Source of the DNA: Minisyncoccota bacterium
GTDB taxonomy: Bacteria; Patescibacteriota; Minisyncoccia; Phycocordibacterales; JAQTLZ01
Assembly (NCBI GenBank): GCA_028714635.1
Contig: JAQTLZ010000003.1
Span: forward strand, 21,237-85,236
Direction: 5' to 3'
DNA length: 64,000 bases
Shown here: positions 11,401 through 17,443 of the stretch, one piece after another
Numbering within the stretch: the first letter of the stretch is position 1
How the letters are laid out: each line of letters opens with the position of its first letter
Notes under the pieces: generated by a model
Databases searched by the model: none
What the model was told of the DNA's origin: nothing
Seen by the model: only the letters and a program-made list of their open reading frames with translations
Position numbers and translations under genes: made by a program

Positions 11401-14400
11401 GTTCCAATAACGACATTTGAACTTGTGGTAATCCCGCAAAGACCAGCATTTGTTCCAAAAATAACATTATTTGAACCAGCCACTCCGCAATACCCCGCGC
11501 AGGTTCCCAAGACCACGTTGTCGGTTCCGACTCCTGCTCCAGTTGTATCATTTTTCCAAGCACAGCTTCCACCGATGAAGTTATTACTCCCACAAATCCC
11601 GCAGAGACCGGCATTTGTCCCGATAACAGTGTTATTAGTACCGGCATAAAGAGAGCAAGAACCTCCCCATGAGTAATCTCCTAAAATCGTGTTAGAGGAA
11701 CCCGCCACCCCACAAAATCCTGCGTGATTCCCGATGACAGTATTCGTACTTCCAGTAAGACCTGCGGTATCACCACCCCACGCGCTCGTCCCGCCGATGA
11801 AGTTGTTGTCAGCTCCGCTTGCGAGACCAGAGTAACCAGCGCAAGAACCGAGAATGGTGTTACTTTGACCTGCATATGTTGAACCCCAATTTGCTCCGGC
11901 GCATGCGCCGATGATAGTGTTGTACCAACTTCCCTGTTTTCCTCCCGTTCCTGTTGCTCTACCCAGACCAGAGTTCGCCGCTTGATAGCCGATAACGGTA
12001 TTGTATTGACCATACGTATCAGTAGTATCAGCACCCCATGCTTCTACCCCGGCGATAAAGTTGTTTTGAACAGCAGTGTTCAATCCGCAAAAACCCGCTT
12101 TCGTCCCAAGCACGGTGTTGTCATTAGCATTCAAACCATAGAAAGCAGCTTGATAGCCGAGAATAGTATTTCTTTGACCATTGATATTGCCACCAGCAAC
12201 AGCTTCCGAGCCGAGAATGGTGTTGTCGGTTCCTCCGCCTTGAGTGGAAGAGGCGACTTGATAGCCGATAAAGGTGTTGCGACTTCCGCCAAACCCGCAC
12301 GAACCGGATTGTGTGCCTAAGAAAATATTGTCGGAACCACTGACGCCGCAATATCCCGCTTGGTAGCCAATAATGGAATTTTGGTTTCCTGCAATTCCGG
12401 AATAGCCAGCACCGGCACCAAGCACAACATTGCATCCTCCAGTGAGTCCGATGACATCGTTCCCCCACGCACTTGAACCAGCGATAAAGTTTTGACTCCC
12501 GGCGATACCGCAGAGACCTGCCGAGTAGCCAAGAACAACGTTTTGATCCCCGCTCTGACCAGATTCATCATCCCCCCAAGCACCCGGACCACCGATAAAA
12601 TTAAAATCTCCCGCTACGCCGCAGAGACCAGCGTTCACGCCAATCACAGTGTTGCAACTTCCCGCTATTCCGCAAAGTCCAGCTTGTGTTCCAAGCACCA
12701 CGTTGTCATCTCCCGTTCCCGCGCCTGTCGTATCATTCCCCCATGCATTATCCCCGATGATGGTATTTTGATTTCCCCCAATTCCACCATAACCAGCGCA
12801 GGTTCCCAAAATGAGATTGTCATTACCAGAAGTTCCAAATCGCCAGTTCGCTCCGGCACAACTACCAATGAGAGTGTTATCAGAACCACAGACTCCGCCA
12901 TAACCAGCGCGGCGGCCAATGAGCGTAGTGTAATTTCCGATACGGCTCGATCCCCAGTTCCCTCCCGCGTCAGGACCGAGAAGCGAGTTATTGTTTCCGT
13001 AGACCCCGGCATAACCAGCATTGTAACCAGCAACAAAGTTATTATTTCCCGTGATGCCGTTATAACCAGCAGAATCCCCCAAGACAATGTTGCTTTGGCC
13101 ATTCGTACCAGTCGAATCTGCTCCCCACGCGTTATAACCGGCGATAAAGTTTTTATCTCCGGTGATACCGCAATATCCGGCGGCCGAACCAAGCACGATG
13201 TTATCCGTACCAGTTGCGGTTCCGCTTTCATCATCACCCCACGCGCACGCTCCACCAATAAAGTTACAGCTTCCCGCAACTCCATAATACCCAGCACAAG
13301 TTCCAATAATCACATTCGATCCTCCTTCAGCAATTTGTCCGGCGTTGTAACCAGCGTGGTCGCCGATGATCGTAGAAGATGCGGCACTCGAAAAATATCC
13401 GGCGTATGGACCGAAGATGGAATTGCCACTGCCAGTCGTTGATGCGGCGGCATAATATCCGATCGCAGAATTGTAAGAACCGGTCGTCGTTGCTCCCACG
13501 AAAGTGCCGAGAAGGAAGTTGTTGTCTCCAGAGTTGCCAAAACCAGCGTGATCTCCGAGAATAATCGTGCTTGAACCCGTGTTGTTATATCCGGCGCAAG
13601 AACCACCAATAAAGTTGTTGGAACCGGTGTTACTTAGGCCCGCGCAGAAACCAATGATGGAGTTGCAAGATCCGGTGTTTTGAGCACCTGCTGAAACACC
13701 GAGAAAAGAGTTATGGTCGCCGGTGTTGTCACTGCCAGCATACGTTCCGAGAGCTACGTTATAGTCACCTACATTATTAAAACCGGCGCCGTTACCCATA
13801 AAGTTGTTTATGTCGCCGCTATTGTACATACCAGCTTGGTCACCAAGAAAAACATTACCCAAACCAGTATTGTGCTGACCAGCACAACCGCCAACAAAAG
13901 TATTATAAGAACCCGTGTTAAATTCCCCCGCATGCCAACCTCCAATAAAGTTTTCGGATCCAGTTGTCGAAGCGGCGGCATAATATCCGAGAGCGACATT
14001 TCGAGAACCGGTCGTCGTTGCTCCCGCGAAAGTGCCGAGAAGGAGATTGTCAGAGCCGGTAACGGAGCGGGAGCCGGCACACTGACCTGCGATAAAATTA
14101 TAATTTCCAGAAACACCCGCGGCGCCAGCGCAAACACCGAGAGCGATATTGCCTGTTCCTGATCCTGGAGAGGTAAAGAGTATTGTGCCACCAATACCGT
14201 ACCCCCCGCTTATGTTCGCGTTCCCGACAACATCAAGAGCTTGTGACGGGTTCATAAGCCCAATACCTACTCGCGCTAGTGAAGTGTCCACATAAAGCTG
14301 ATCGGTGTTGACCGCAAAATCTCCCGTGGTGCAAAGACCAATGTTCAAATTCTGCCCCGCCACCGGTGTGAGTGTCAGTGCCCCAGTTCCTGTCGTGATT

Positions 14401-16979
14401 GAACCGGAGGTTGAAAAATTAATTGAAGTTGAATCGATAAGTACCGAACCAGTGCCAACTTTAAGCGCGCCTTGGACCCAAAGATTGTTGGCAATGGTTG
14501 AAGTGCCGGTACCATTTACATTCAAAAGTCCCGCAAGAGTTGAACTTGCGGTAGCGCATGTGCCGACAAAATTTCCCGCGGTCAAAGTCCCAGTAAATGT
14601 TTTCGCGCCGTTGATCGTCTGCGCACCTTCGGTCATTACAAAATTCGCATCTGCTCCCGCGTCTGGAATAGTGTAAATATGAGCTGCGCCTTGTGCAGCA
14701 TTCGTGATTAATGTTTGATAGTCGCCTGAATTTGCAGTTGGGCCAAATTGCAGAACTCCAGACAAAGCGGATGAGGGATATAAACTTAATACTCCTTTAT
14801 TTCCAGTTGATGTTCCCACATTGAGATATGTCTCTACAGTTCCTGAAGAGATGGTCAACAGTTTTCCACTGCTTGGAGAAAGTGTGATGAGACTTCCGCT
14901 ACTTGGCACAATCGAATTCGCCTTGATACCGTTTGAACCGAAATCTTGCGCCTGCGAAGTCGCGCCGACAACCGCGCCGTTTGCAGTCAGATATGAACCG
15001 GCGGGTTGTTTGTTGTTAAAGGTATTCCAGTCGGTTGAGGAAAGTGTTCCTGTCGCGGAAGTTCCAGCGAGTCCGAGGGTCAAGGCCTGACCTGAAATAG
15101 TGAGACCATTTATGCTGTTGGTAAGGGTAACGTCGCCGGTATTAGTGCCGGAGAGATTTGAGGCCGACAAAGTTCCTGAGAACAATCCGTTGCCAATAAC
15201 GCTCAAAGCTTGTCCAGGAGTGGTTGTGCCGATGCCGACGTTGACCGCATTTCCTCCCGTGCCTCCGAGCACAAGAGAATTCGAAGCTCCGACAATTGCA
15301 TTGGCGCCGATTGCAGTGGCATTAGTGAGAGCAGAAGATGCTACGTCGGCATTGTATCCAATGAGAGTAGTGGAGCTACCAGTTATATTGGTAGCTCCAA
15401 CGTTGCGTCCAAGAGCAGTATTCCGCGAGCCAGTGGTGTTGTTGAAAAGTGCAGACTCTCCGTCGGCAGTATTGTTGGAACCCGTAGTGTTGCTGTAGAG
15501 GGATCCAAACCCGCTCGCGGAATTTTGTACACCAGTAGTGTTGCTGTAGAGTGCAGAGTATCCGTTCGCGGTGTTGTTGATTCCTGTGGTGTTACTCAAG
15601 AGTGCATTGTTTCCAGTGGCAACGTTGTAACTTCCTGTGGTGTTGCTAAAGAGCGCACCATACCCGTCAGCGGTATTACTGCCACCTGTGGTGTTATTGT
15701 AGAGTGCGCTGTCTCCATTTGCGGTATTTAGGGTCCCTGTTGAATTTAAGGAGAGTGCATAAAATCCGCTTGCGGTATTGCCATACCCGGTGGTATCGTT
15801 CCGGAGTGCGTAGTATCCGTTCGCAGTATTCTCGCTACCACTGGTGTTATTAAAGAGTGCATTGTATCCAGTCGCGCTGTTGTAGCTGCCTGTAGTGTTG
15901 CTGGAGAGAGCTTGGTATCCTAGAGCAGTATTGTAATTCCCCGTAATACTTGTATTCCCCGCCCCCACACCAAGCAAGGTATTGCCTGTTGCAGTCAAAA
16001 CATCGAGGACAGTATTTCCAGCAATTTTATACACTCCACTCACATTTGCGTTGCCAACAACATCAAGCATTTGCGAAGCCGTGGTGGTACCGATGCCGAC
16101 TTTGCCAGCAGAGAAGAAAAGAGTTGAGGTGCCCGACACTGCAGTGCCGGTCGCGCCATAAAAAGCTGCTTGTCCGGTTAATCCGGAATTCACTGTCCCA
16201 CTCCCGCCCGCCGTAATGCCAAGCGTAGAAGTCGCAACCCAAGCAGGCACTCCTGAAACCGAAGAAAGGACGTACCCTTCAGTTCCGATGTTTCGTTTTG
16301 CGAGAGAACTAGTCGTGTTTGCATAGAGAATATCGCCAACAGCATACGTGGTAGTACCAGTACCTCCGTACGCCACGCCCAAAGTACTTCCGTGCCATGT
16401 TCCAGAAACGACTGTGCCGAGCGATGAATAGGTCGCCGAAAGATTTGGAAAAGTTGAAGTTGCAGAAGTCGAAGTCGCCGTAAAATATTCTCCAAGAATT
16501 TGTCCGACGACAGTAAATTTCGCGAACGGAGTTGAAGTTCCAATTCCGTAATTCAAAGTTGATGGATCGATGTAAATATGTTCGACGGTACAATTCGAAG
16601 TCCCCGGCGCGCATCCTGGATCGAGCGTTTCTCCCGGAGCATACGGAGTAATCGGATACGAAGCGTACGCGGGAGTTGCAGTCCAAGAAAAAATCGAGGA
16701 CGCCATTGTTTCCAGTATCGAAGAAATTTGTATCGAGAAAGGCTGGAGCGTTTCTGAAATTTTTCCAGAAAGTGGGAACGCGTTGAACGCGGAAGTTCTG
16801 GAATCCGTGAACTCCCGAATCGCAAGATTTTTAATATCGAGACTGAAGGGAAAGCTCGATTTTTTTTGAAGAGGGGTGCTGTTTTCCGAGAAAAAAGGAA
16901 GCCGGTCCAAGACAGCTTTTGCAATCAAAATGACCGCAATTACGGAAGAACTAACCTTCGATAAAACTCGGGGCTTCAT
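2409..16979 (-). CDS. Giant (4856 aa) surface fibre/adhesin-like protein: Gly/Asn/Cys-rich beta-roll repeats, GIGT-T/S-TP linkers, C-terminal chaperone/autoprocessing-like domain and Pro/Thr/Glu tail
   Basis: Uninterrupted 14.6-kb ORF with a hydrophobic N-terminus and AYA-S motif. Very many N-x-x-(I/L)-G-x-x-A-G coils. The DLAERY...LGIVSTKPG...PIALSGRVPVKV domain is of the type seen at the ends of tail-fibre-like proteins. Confidence 0.85.
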   Translation of the reverse strand: MKPRVLSKVSSSVIAVILIAKAVLDRLPFFSENSTPLQKKSSFPFSLDIKNLAIREFTDSRTSAFNAFPLSGKISETLQPFSIQISSILETMASSIFSWTATPAYASYPITPYAPGETLDPGCAPGTSNCTVEHIYIDPSTLNYGIGTSTPFAKFTVVGQILGEYFTATSTSATSTFPNLSATYSSLGTVVSGTWHGSTLGVAYGGTGTTTYAVGDILYANTTSSLAKRNIGTEGYVLSSVSGVPAWVATSTLGITAGGSGTVNSGLTGQAAFYGATGTAVSGTSTLFFSAGKVGIGTTTASQMLDVVGNANVSGVYKIAGNTVLDVLTATGNTLLGVGAGNTSITGNYNTALGYQALSSNTTGSYNSATGYNALFNNTSGSENTANGYYALRNDTTGYGNTASGFYALSLNSTGTLNTANGDSALYNNTTGGSNTADGYGALFSNTTGSYNVATGNNALLSNTTGINNTANGYSALYSNTTGVQNSASGFGSLYSNTTGSNNTADGESALFNNTTGSRNTALGRNVGATNITGSSTTLIGYNADVASSALTNATAIGANAIVGASNSLVLGGTGGNAVNVGIGTTTPGQALSVIGNGLFSGTLSASNLSGTNTGDVTLTNSINGLTISGQALTLGLAGTSATGTLSSTDWNTFNNKQPAGSYLTANGAVVGATSQAQDFGSNGIKANSIVPSSGSLITLSPSSGKLLTISSGTVETYLNVGTSTGNKGVLSLYPSSALSGVLQFGPTANSGDYQTLITNAAQGAAHIYTIPDAGADANFVMTEGAQTINGAKTFTGTLTAGNFVGTCATASSTLAGLLNVNGTGTSTIANNLWVQGALKVGTGSVLIDSTSINFSTSGSITTGTGALTLTPVAGQNLNIGLCTTGDFAVNTDQLYVDTSLARVGIGLMNPSQALDVVGNANISGGYGIGGTILFTSPGSGTGNIALGVCAGAAGVSGNYNFIAGQCAGSRSVTGSDNLLLGTFAGATTTGSRNVALGYYAAASTTGSENFIGGWHAGEFNTGSYNTFVGGCAGQHNTGLGNVFLGDQAGMYNSGDINNFMGNGAGFNNVGDYNVALGTYAGSDNTGDHNSFLGVSAGAQNTGSCNSIIGFCAGLSNTGSNNFIGGSCAGYNNTGSSTIILGDHAGFGNSGDNNFLLGTFVGATTTGSYNSAIGYYAAASTTGSGNSIFGPYAGYFSSAASSTIIGDHAGYNAGQIAEGGSNVIIGTCAGYYGVAGSCNFIGGACAWGDDESGTATGTDNIVLGSAAGYCGITGDKNFIAGYNAWGADSTGTNGQSNIVLGDSAGYNGITGNNNFVAGYNAGYAGVYGNNNSLLGPDAGGNWGSSRIGNYTTLIGRRAGYGGVCGSDNTLIGSCAGANWRFGTSGNDNLILGTCAGYGGIGGNQNTIIGDNAWGNDTTGAGTGDDNVVLGTQAGLCGIAGSCNTVIGVNAGLCGVAGDFNFIGGPGAWGDDESGQSGDQNVVLGYSAGLCGIAGSQNFIAGSSAWGNDVIGLTGGCNVVLGAGAGYSGIAGNQNSIIGYQAGYCGVSGSDNIFLGTQSGSCGFGGSRNTFIGYQVASSTQGGGTDNTILGSEAVAGGNINGQRNTILGYQAAFYGLNANDNTVLGTKAGFCGLNTAVQNNFIAGVEAWGADTTDTYGQYNTVIGYQAANSGLGRATGTGGKQGSWYNTIIGACAGANWGSTYAGQSNTILGSCAGYSGLASGADNNFIGGTSAWGGDTAGLTGSTNTVIGNHAGFCGVAGSSNTILGDYSWGGSCSLYAGTNNTVIGTNAGLCGICGSNNFIGGSCAWKNDTTGAGVGTDNVVLGTCAGYCGVAGSNNVIFGTNAGLCGITTSSNVVIGTSAGASGVFGSSNFIGGVGAGGVWNSGNNGTTNTILGAYAGAAGVGGSGNYIGGTCAAGNWQAGLPGGSNVILGNFAGFNGLYGSSNSVIGDHAGAGGVCGSDNFIGGSCAARNWTGGFCGSSNIILGDSAGFNGLYNGACYNTLIGYSAGACWQGGYGGANNTFLGTCAGYKGTCANNNFVAGTSAGACWGGGFCGNNNIALGTCAAFCGFYTGADYNTAIGFNAGASWNGGSAGNNNVILGTCAGYEGIVGSCNFIAGVCAGYDWSGGRTGYFNTIIGASAGACGVSGVANDIIGAGAGEHGVCGNDNTLLGFFAGWDWVGGRMGGNNTIIGPSAGACGLCGNGNSILGNYAAYYGVSGDFNFIGGACAGYCGISGYCNVILGHCAGYCGICGDDNFIAGTCVAGNWQSTYSGDFNTIIGHCAGYCGIFASDNIILGTCAGFCGVCGSCNIIIGSCVAANWQSGREGTQNIILGTGAGMNGISGSGNFMAGVNAGAGGTSGTNNVFLGSVAGNGDTSGSSNVFIGLNAGNANTTGGNNTFVGVSAGISNVCGSSLLLLGDGADVAVDGLIHSAAIGYNAVVGKDNAIVLGGACTFVGIGTSTPDHALDVNGNIKIEGGSNGLYFPDGTFIGTAVGGGSGMTAAGDLSFAADDDFSGSGKITFATNGLTPVTILNNGKVGIGTTTPSYDLDVVGDVNVSGGYFVNGVNFGGGFVGANNNVLLGYHAGYNGVCGSNNLLGGYETGGNWNGANSGSCNTIFGYRAGYCGICGTSNFVVGDSAWGDQRTTASTGNGNIVLGTCAGYCGIFGPSNFIAGVQTGACWQSGRTGACNTILGYQAGFCGISASGNVILGSYAGLCGVCGNVNTLIGNQAGANWVSGRTGTDNIILGTCAGFCGISGNNNFIGGCGAGYCGVCGSGNTLLGTNTGANWTSGFTGSNNLLLGNQAGFRGVSGSSNSLIGSCAGYCGVSGSNNSIIGSCAGYCGVCGSDNTLIGTNAGGNWQSGMGGVCNIIIGVNAGTCGISGNSNTILGLDAGYCGVAGSYNFIGGTYAGGNWQSGFTSTDNIILGSCAGYCGVVGYGNTIIGKEAGSNWQSGFGGSDGVLIGRRAGLRGFCGSDQVIIGTDAGACWQSGRASSYNVLLGHCAGYCGMQGGSNSIIGNNAWGNDISGTTGTDNVVLGTCAGYCGINGSNNLIGGTYAGANWQSGFTGSQNTILGYCAGYKGLCGWNTTVIGSCAGGNWQSGFTGSENTIIGICAGYCGLCGWNTTVIGSYAGANWQSGFTGGQNTILGYCAGYKGLCGWNTTVIGSSAGANWQSGMTGGDNTIIGTCAGYCGIDGYNNFIAGTEAGANWTDGFNGAYSTIIGHCAGFCGVCGNDNTLIGTLAGGNWQSGRTGINNTLLGYSAGYCGITGNYNALMGGNASYYGVTGDDNSIIGYCAGFCGVCGSNNFIGGTSAGGNWESGRGGQYNTVLGYCAGFCGIAGSSNFIAGTQAGFCGSSGVDNILIGTCAGWSGPSGNENIFLGTCSGYLTTSGSGNNTFLGYKAGATNTTGDNNLALGSGADVASGALTNATAIGHNAIVSSSCSIVLGGTGADAVNVGIGLTNPSYPLEVNGNIKISGTGNKLIFPDDSFFSTAAGGAGVGITSAGDLNFEADNGGAINFVTADGVSTTTKFYIANNGNIGIGTTTPGYALDVAGDVNVSGTFLVDGVDVSGNFVSANGNVILGDGAGLAGVPASNNMIMGYQAAADWQSGRTTGDKNTILGYQAGYCGNVGSNNFIAGMCAGYCGVYGDENVLLGANAGLCGVCGSYNFIGGFQAGADWTSSRTGACNTIIGYQAGFCGICAGQDGNILIGSYAGFCGVCGPGNTFIGQDAGSNWSTFCGSFNTAIGHQAGQNGICGIENLALGNLAWGASATGGDGNYNTAIGYKAAYAGICNTGNTVIGYQAGLGGLGGSYNTVIGANALSNFQNFTAGHTDNTILGTNAGNNGVCTDNSFIAGTEAGANWTNGLNSTYATLIGYRAGFKGLCGSDNTLIGSYAGGDWQSGSNGTDNVVLGTSAGFCGIEGDKNAILGFHAAYGGACGDRNTVIGYTAGLISLQGNDNFIAGSAAGFGGVCGDANFIAGQNAGGSWTSGRVSNRAIILGSFAGQYGISADDNILIGSNAGAQGVSGACNTLLGSQVGLLGVSGQENTIIGSQAGYNGVTGSSNAVLGVCAAYYSLTGSCNTILGTRAGLYGVCGTNNFIGGVCAWGQDTGGGTGNNNIALGTFAGRYGVSGNANAIIGTFAGAGTDGVDGSDNFIAGEYAGGNWQNGRTGSCNTILGYCAGLCGLASGACNNFIGGTCAWGNDTEGTGVGSNNVVFGTCAGYCGIVGNDNTVIGRYTGAFGVSGVQNVLLGDSVGYCGIQGSCNFIGGTAAWGNDNAGNGIGQNNVVLGTQAGYCGVVGFCNFIGGVCAWGNDITGAGDGTDNVVLGTCAGLCGVSGNYNYIGGFQAGADAVSGNSNIILGTCAGRTVSGNTNVIIGYAALVGSGVSNSVVLGNGALADQDNSIILGGIGASTSFVGIGTSTPPQALTVGDGTNQANVQVSNGWLCVDDNGDCSAATTAGTIYANSTSITSTDLAERYPTEDDELSAAEIVSLDLDNPVFVKTARRSENAPLLGIVSTKPGVELGGFGDNRFPNDRKVPIALSGRVPVKVNLEGGAISIGDRISLSSVAGVGKKASSNEDSVGLALEAFSGSYDSSDNTVLVFVENKQGAVSSSSITASVASSALSQVSDSVRGSFESLGIVMTDMISYVKNLAVERLTAIAGIFQSVETIDLKAKNAVVDNLTIKNSADVSKTGVVIYDRKTGNPVCVFTENGVLRSEDGDCADNVSSATPTPTVDATPIPSSTPLSDDGAGTGQATPTPEVSGGGDSSGTPTPTPSPEVSGGEEETTPTPTPAESPAESPEVTPTPDESGEVTETPAPEVSPEDTPPPPQEETPPPSDSTPPPSDAPATP
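2691..2737 (-). repeat. 39-bp in-frame palindromic insertion flanked by an 8-bp direct repeat
   Basis: gggtgttg at 2691-2698 and 2730-2737 brackets cctgcccagttcccgccccgtcgtccgacag. It encodes LSDDGAGTGQA within the P/T tail. Confidence 0.45.
7450..7870 (-). repeat. 111-bp tandem repeat (37-aa unit, about 4 copies) within the giant gene
   Basis: ccgctctgcca recurs at 7450, 7561, 7672 and 7783. Unit: GANWQSGFTGSQNTILGYCAGYKGLCGWNTTVIGSCA. Confidence 0.9.
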
Positions 16980-17082
16980 TAATAGAGTATTATACAGGAG
17001 AAATAGCTCAATTTTTGAGAAAAAATGTGGATAACTCTAGGTTTTTTCACCAAAACACAGAAAATGGAAATGTGCCGAAAAC

Positions 17083-17111
17083 TTGCATTCTTTTTCCAAT
17101 TTTGGTATGCT
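17083..17111 (+). promoter_or_regulatory. Sigma70-type promoter of secG (leaderless)
   Basis: TTGCAT-17 bp-TATGCT with upstream TG; the ATG follows 7 nt downstream. Confidence 0.6.
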
Positions 17112-17118
17112 TTTCTGA

Positions 17119-17352
17119 ATGATGATTCTTCAGAGTTTTCTGCCTTATATACAAATTATTCTCTCACTTGCCCTCATTGCAGGAATTTTGCTCCAGCAAT
17201 CAGAAGCGAGTCTCGGAAGCGCGTTCGGAGGCGACAGTTTCAGTTCTGTCCAGCACACGCGAAGAGGTTTTGAGAAAATTATTTTCCGCGTTACGATTGT
17301 AATTGCCGTACTCTTTGCTGCATCTGCGTTTTTAGCGCTCATCATTCGATAA
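17119..17352 (+). CDS. secG: Preprotein translocase subunit SecG
   Basis: Two TM helices with ILLQQ..ASLGSAFGG..HTRRGFEK signature. Confidence 0.93.
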   Translation: MMILQSFLPYIQIILSLALIAGILLQQSEASLGSAFGGDSFSSVQHTRRGFEKIIFRVTIVIAVLFAASAFLALIIR

Positions 17353-17443
17353 AACACAAATATAAACTTTTTTCGAAAGAAAAAAGAATTATTATTTTGG
17401 ACTTTTTGTCCACCTTGACCCATACTCAACACTTTATTTTACT

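Noticed and set aside
3740-14150. Diversity-generating retroelement as the source of Asn/Ser-to-Cys changes
   Set aside because: No reverse transcriptase in the window and no TR/VR pair differing only at adenines. The repeat copies differ at all base types.
2416-16924. Dozens of 60-316 aa ORFs overlapping the giant gene on other frames and strands
   Set aside because: Shadow ORFs produced by the stop-poor Gly/Ala/Asn/Cys codon repeats; no recognisable motifs.
2409-16979. Prophage tail gene or alternative genetic code
   Set aside because: No other phage genes flank it. TGA terminates several conserved genes (e.g. 45353, 59792), and Cys usage in other proteins looks normal.
16980-17118. Replication origin
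   Set aside because: Only one DnaA box, a short intergenic region, and no dnaA/dnaN nearby.
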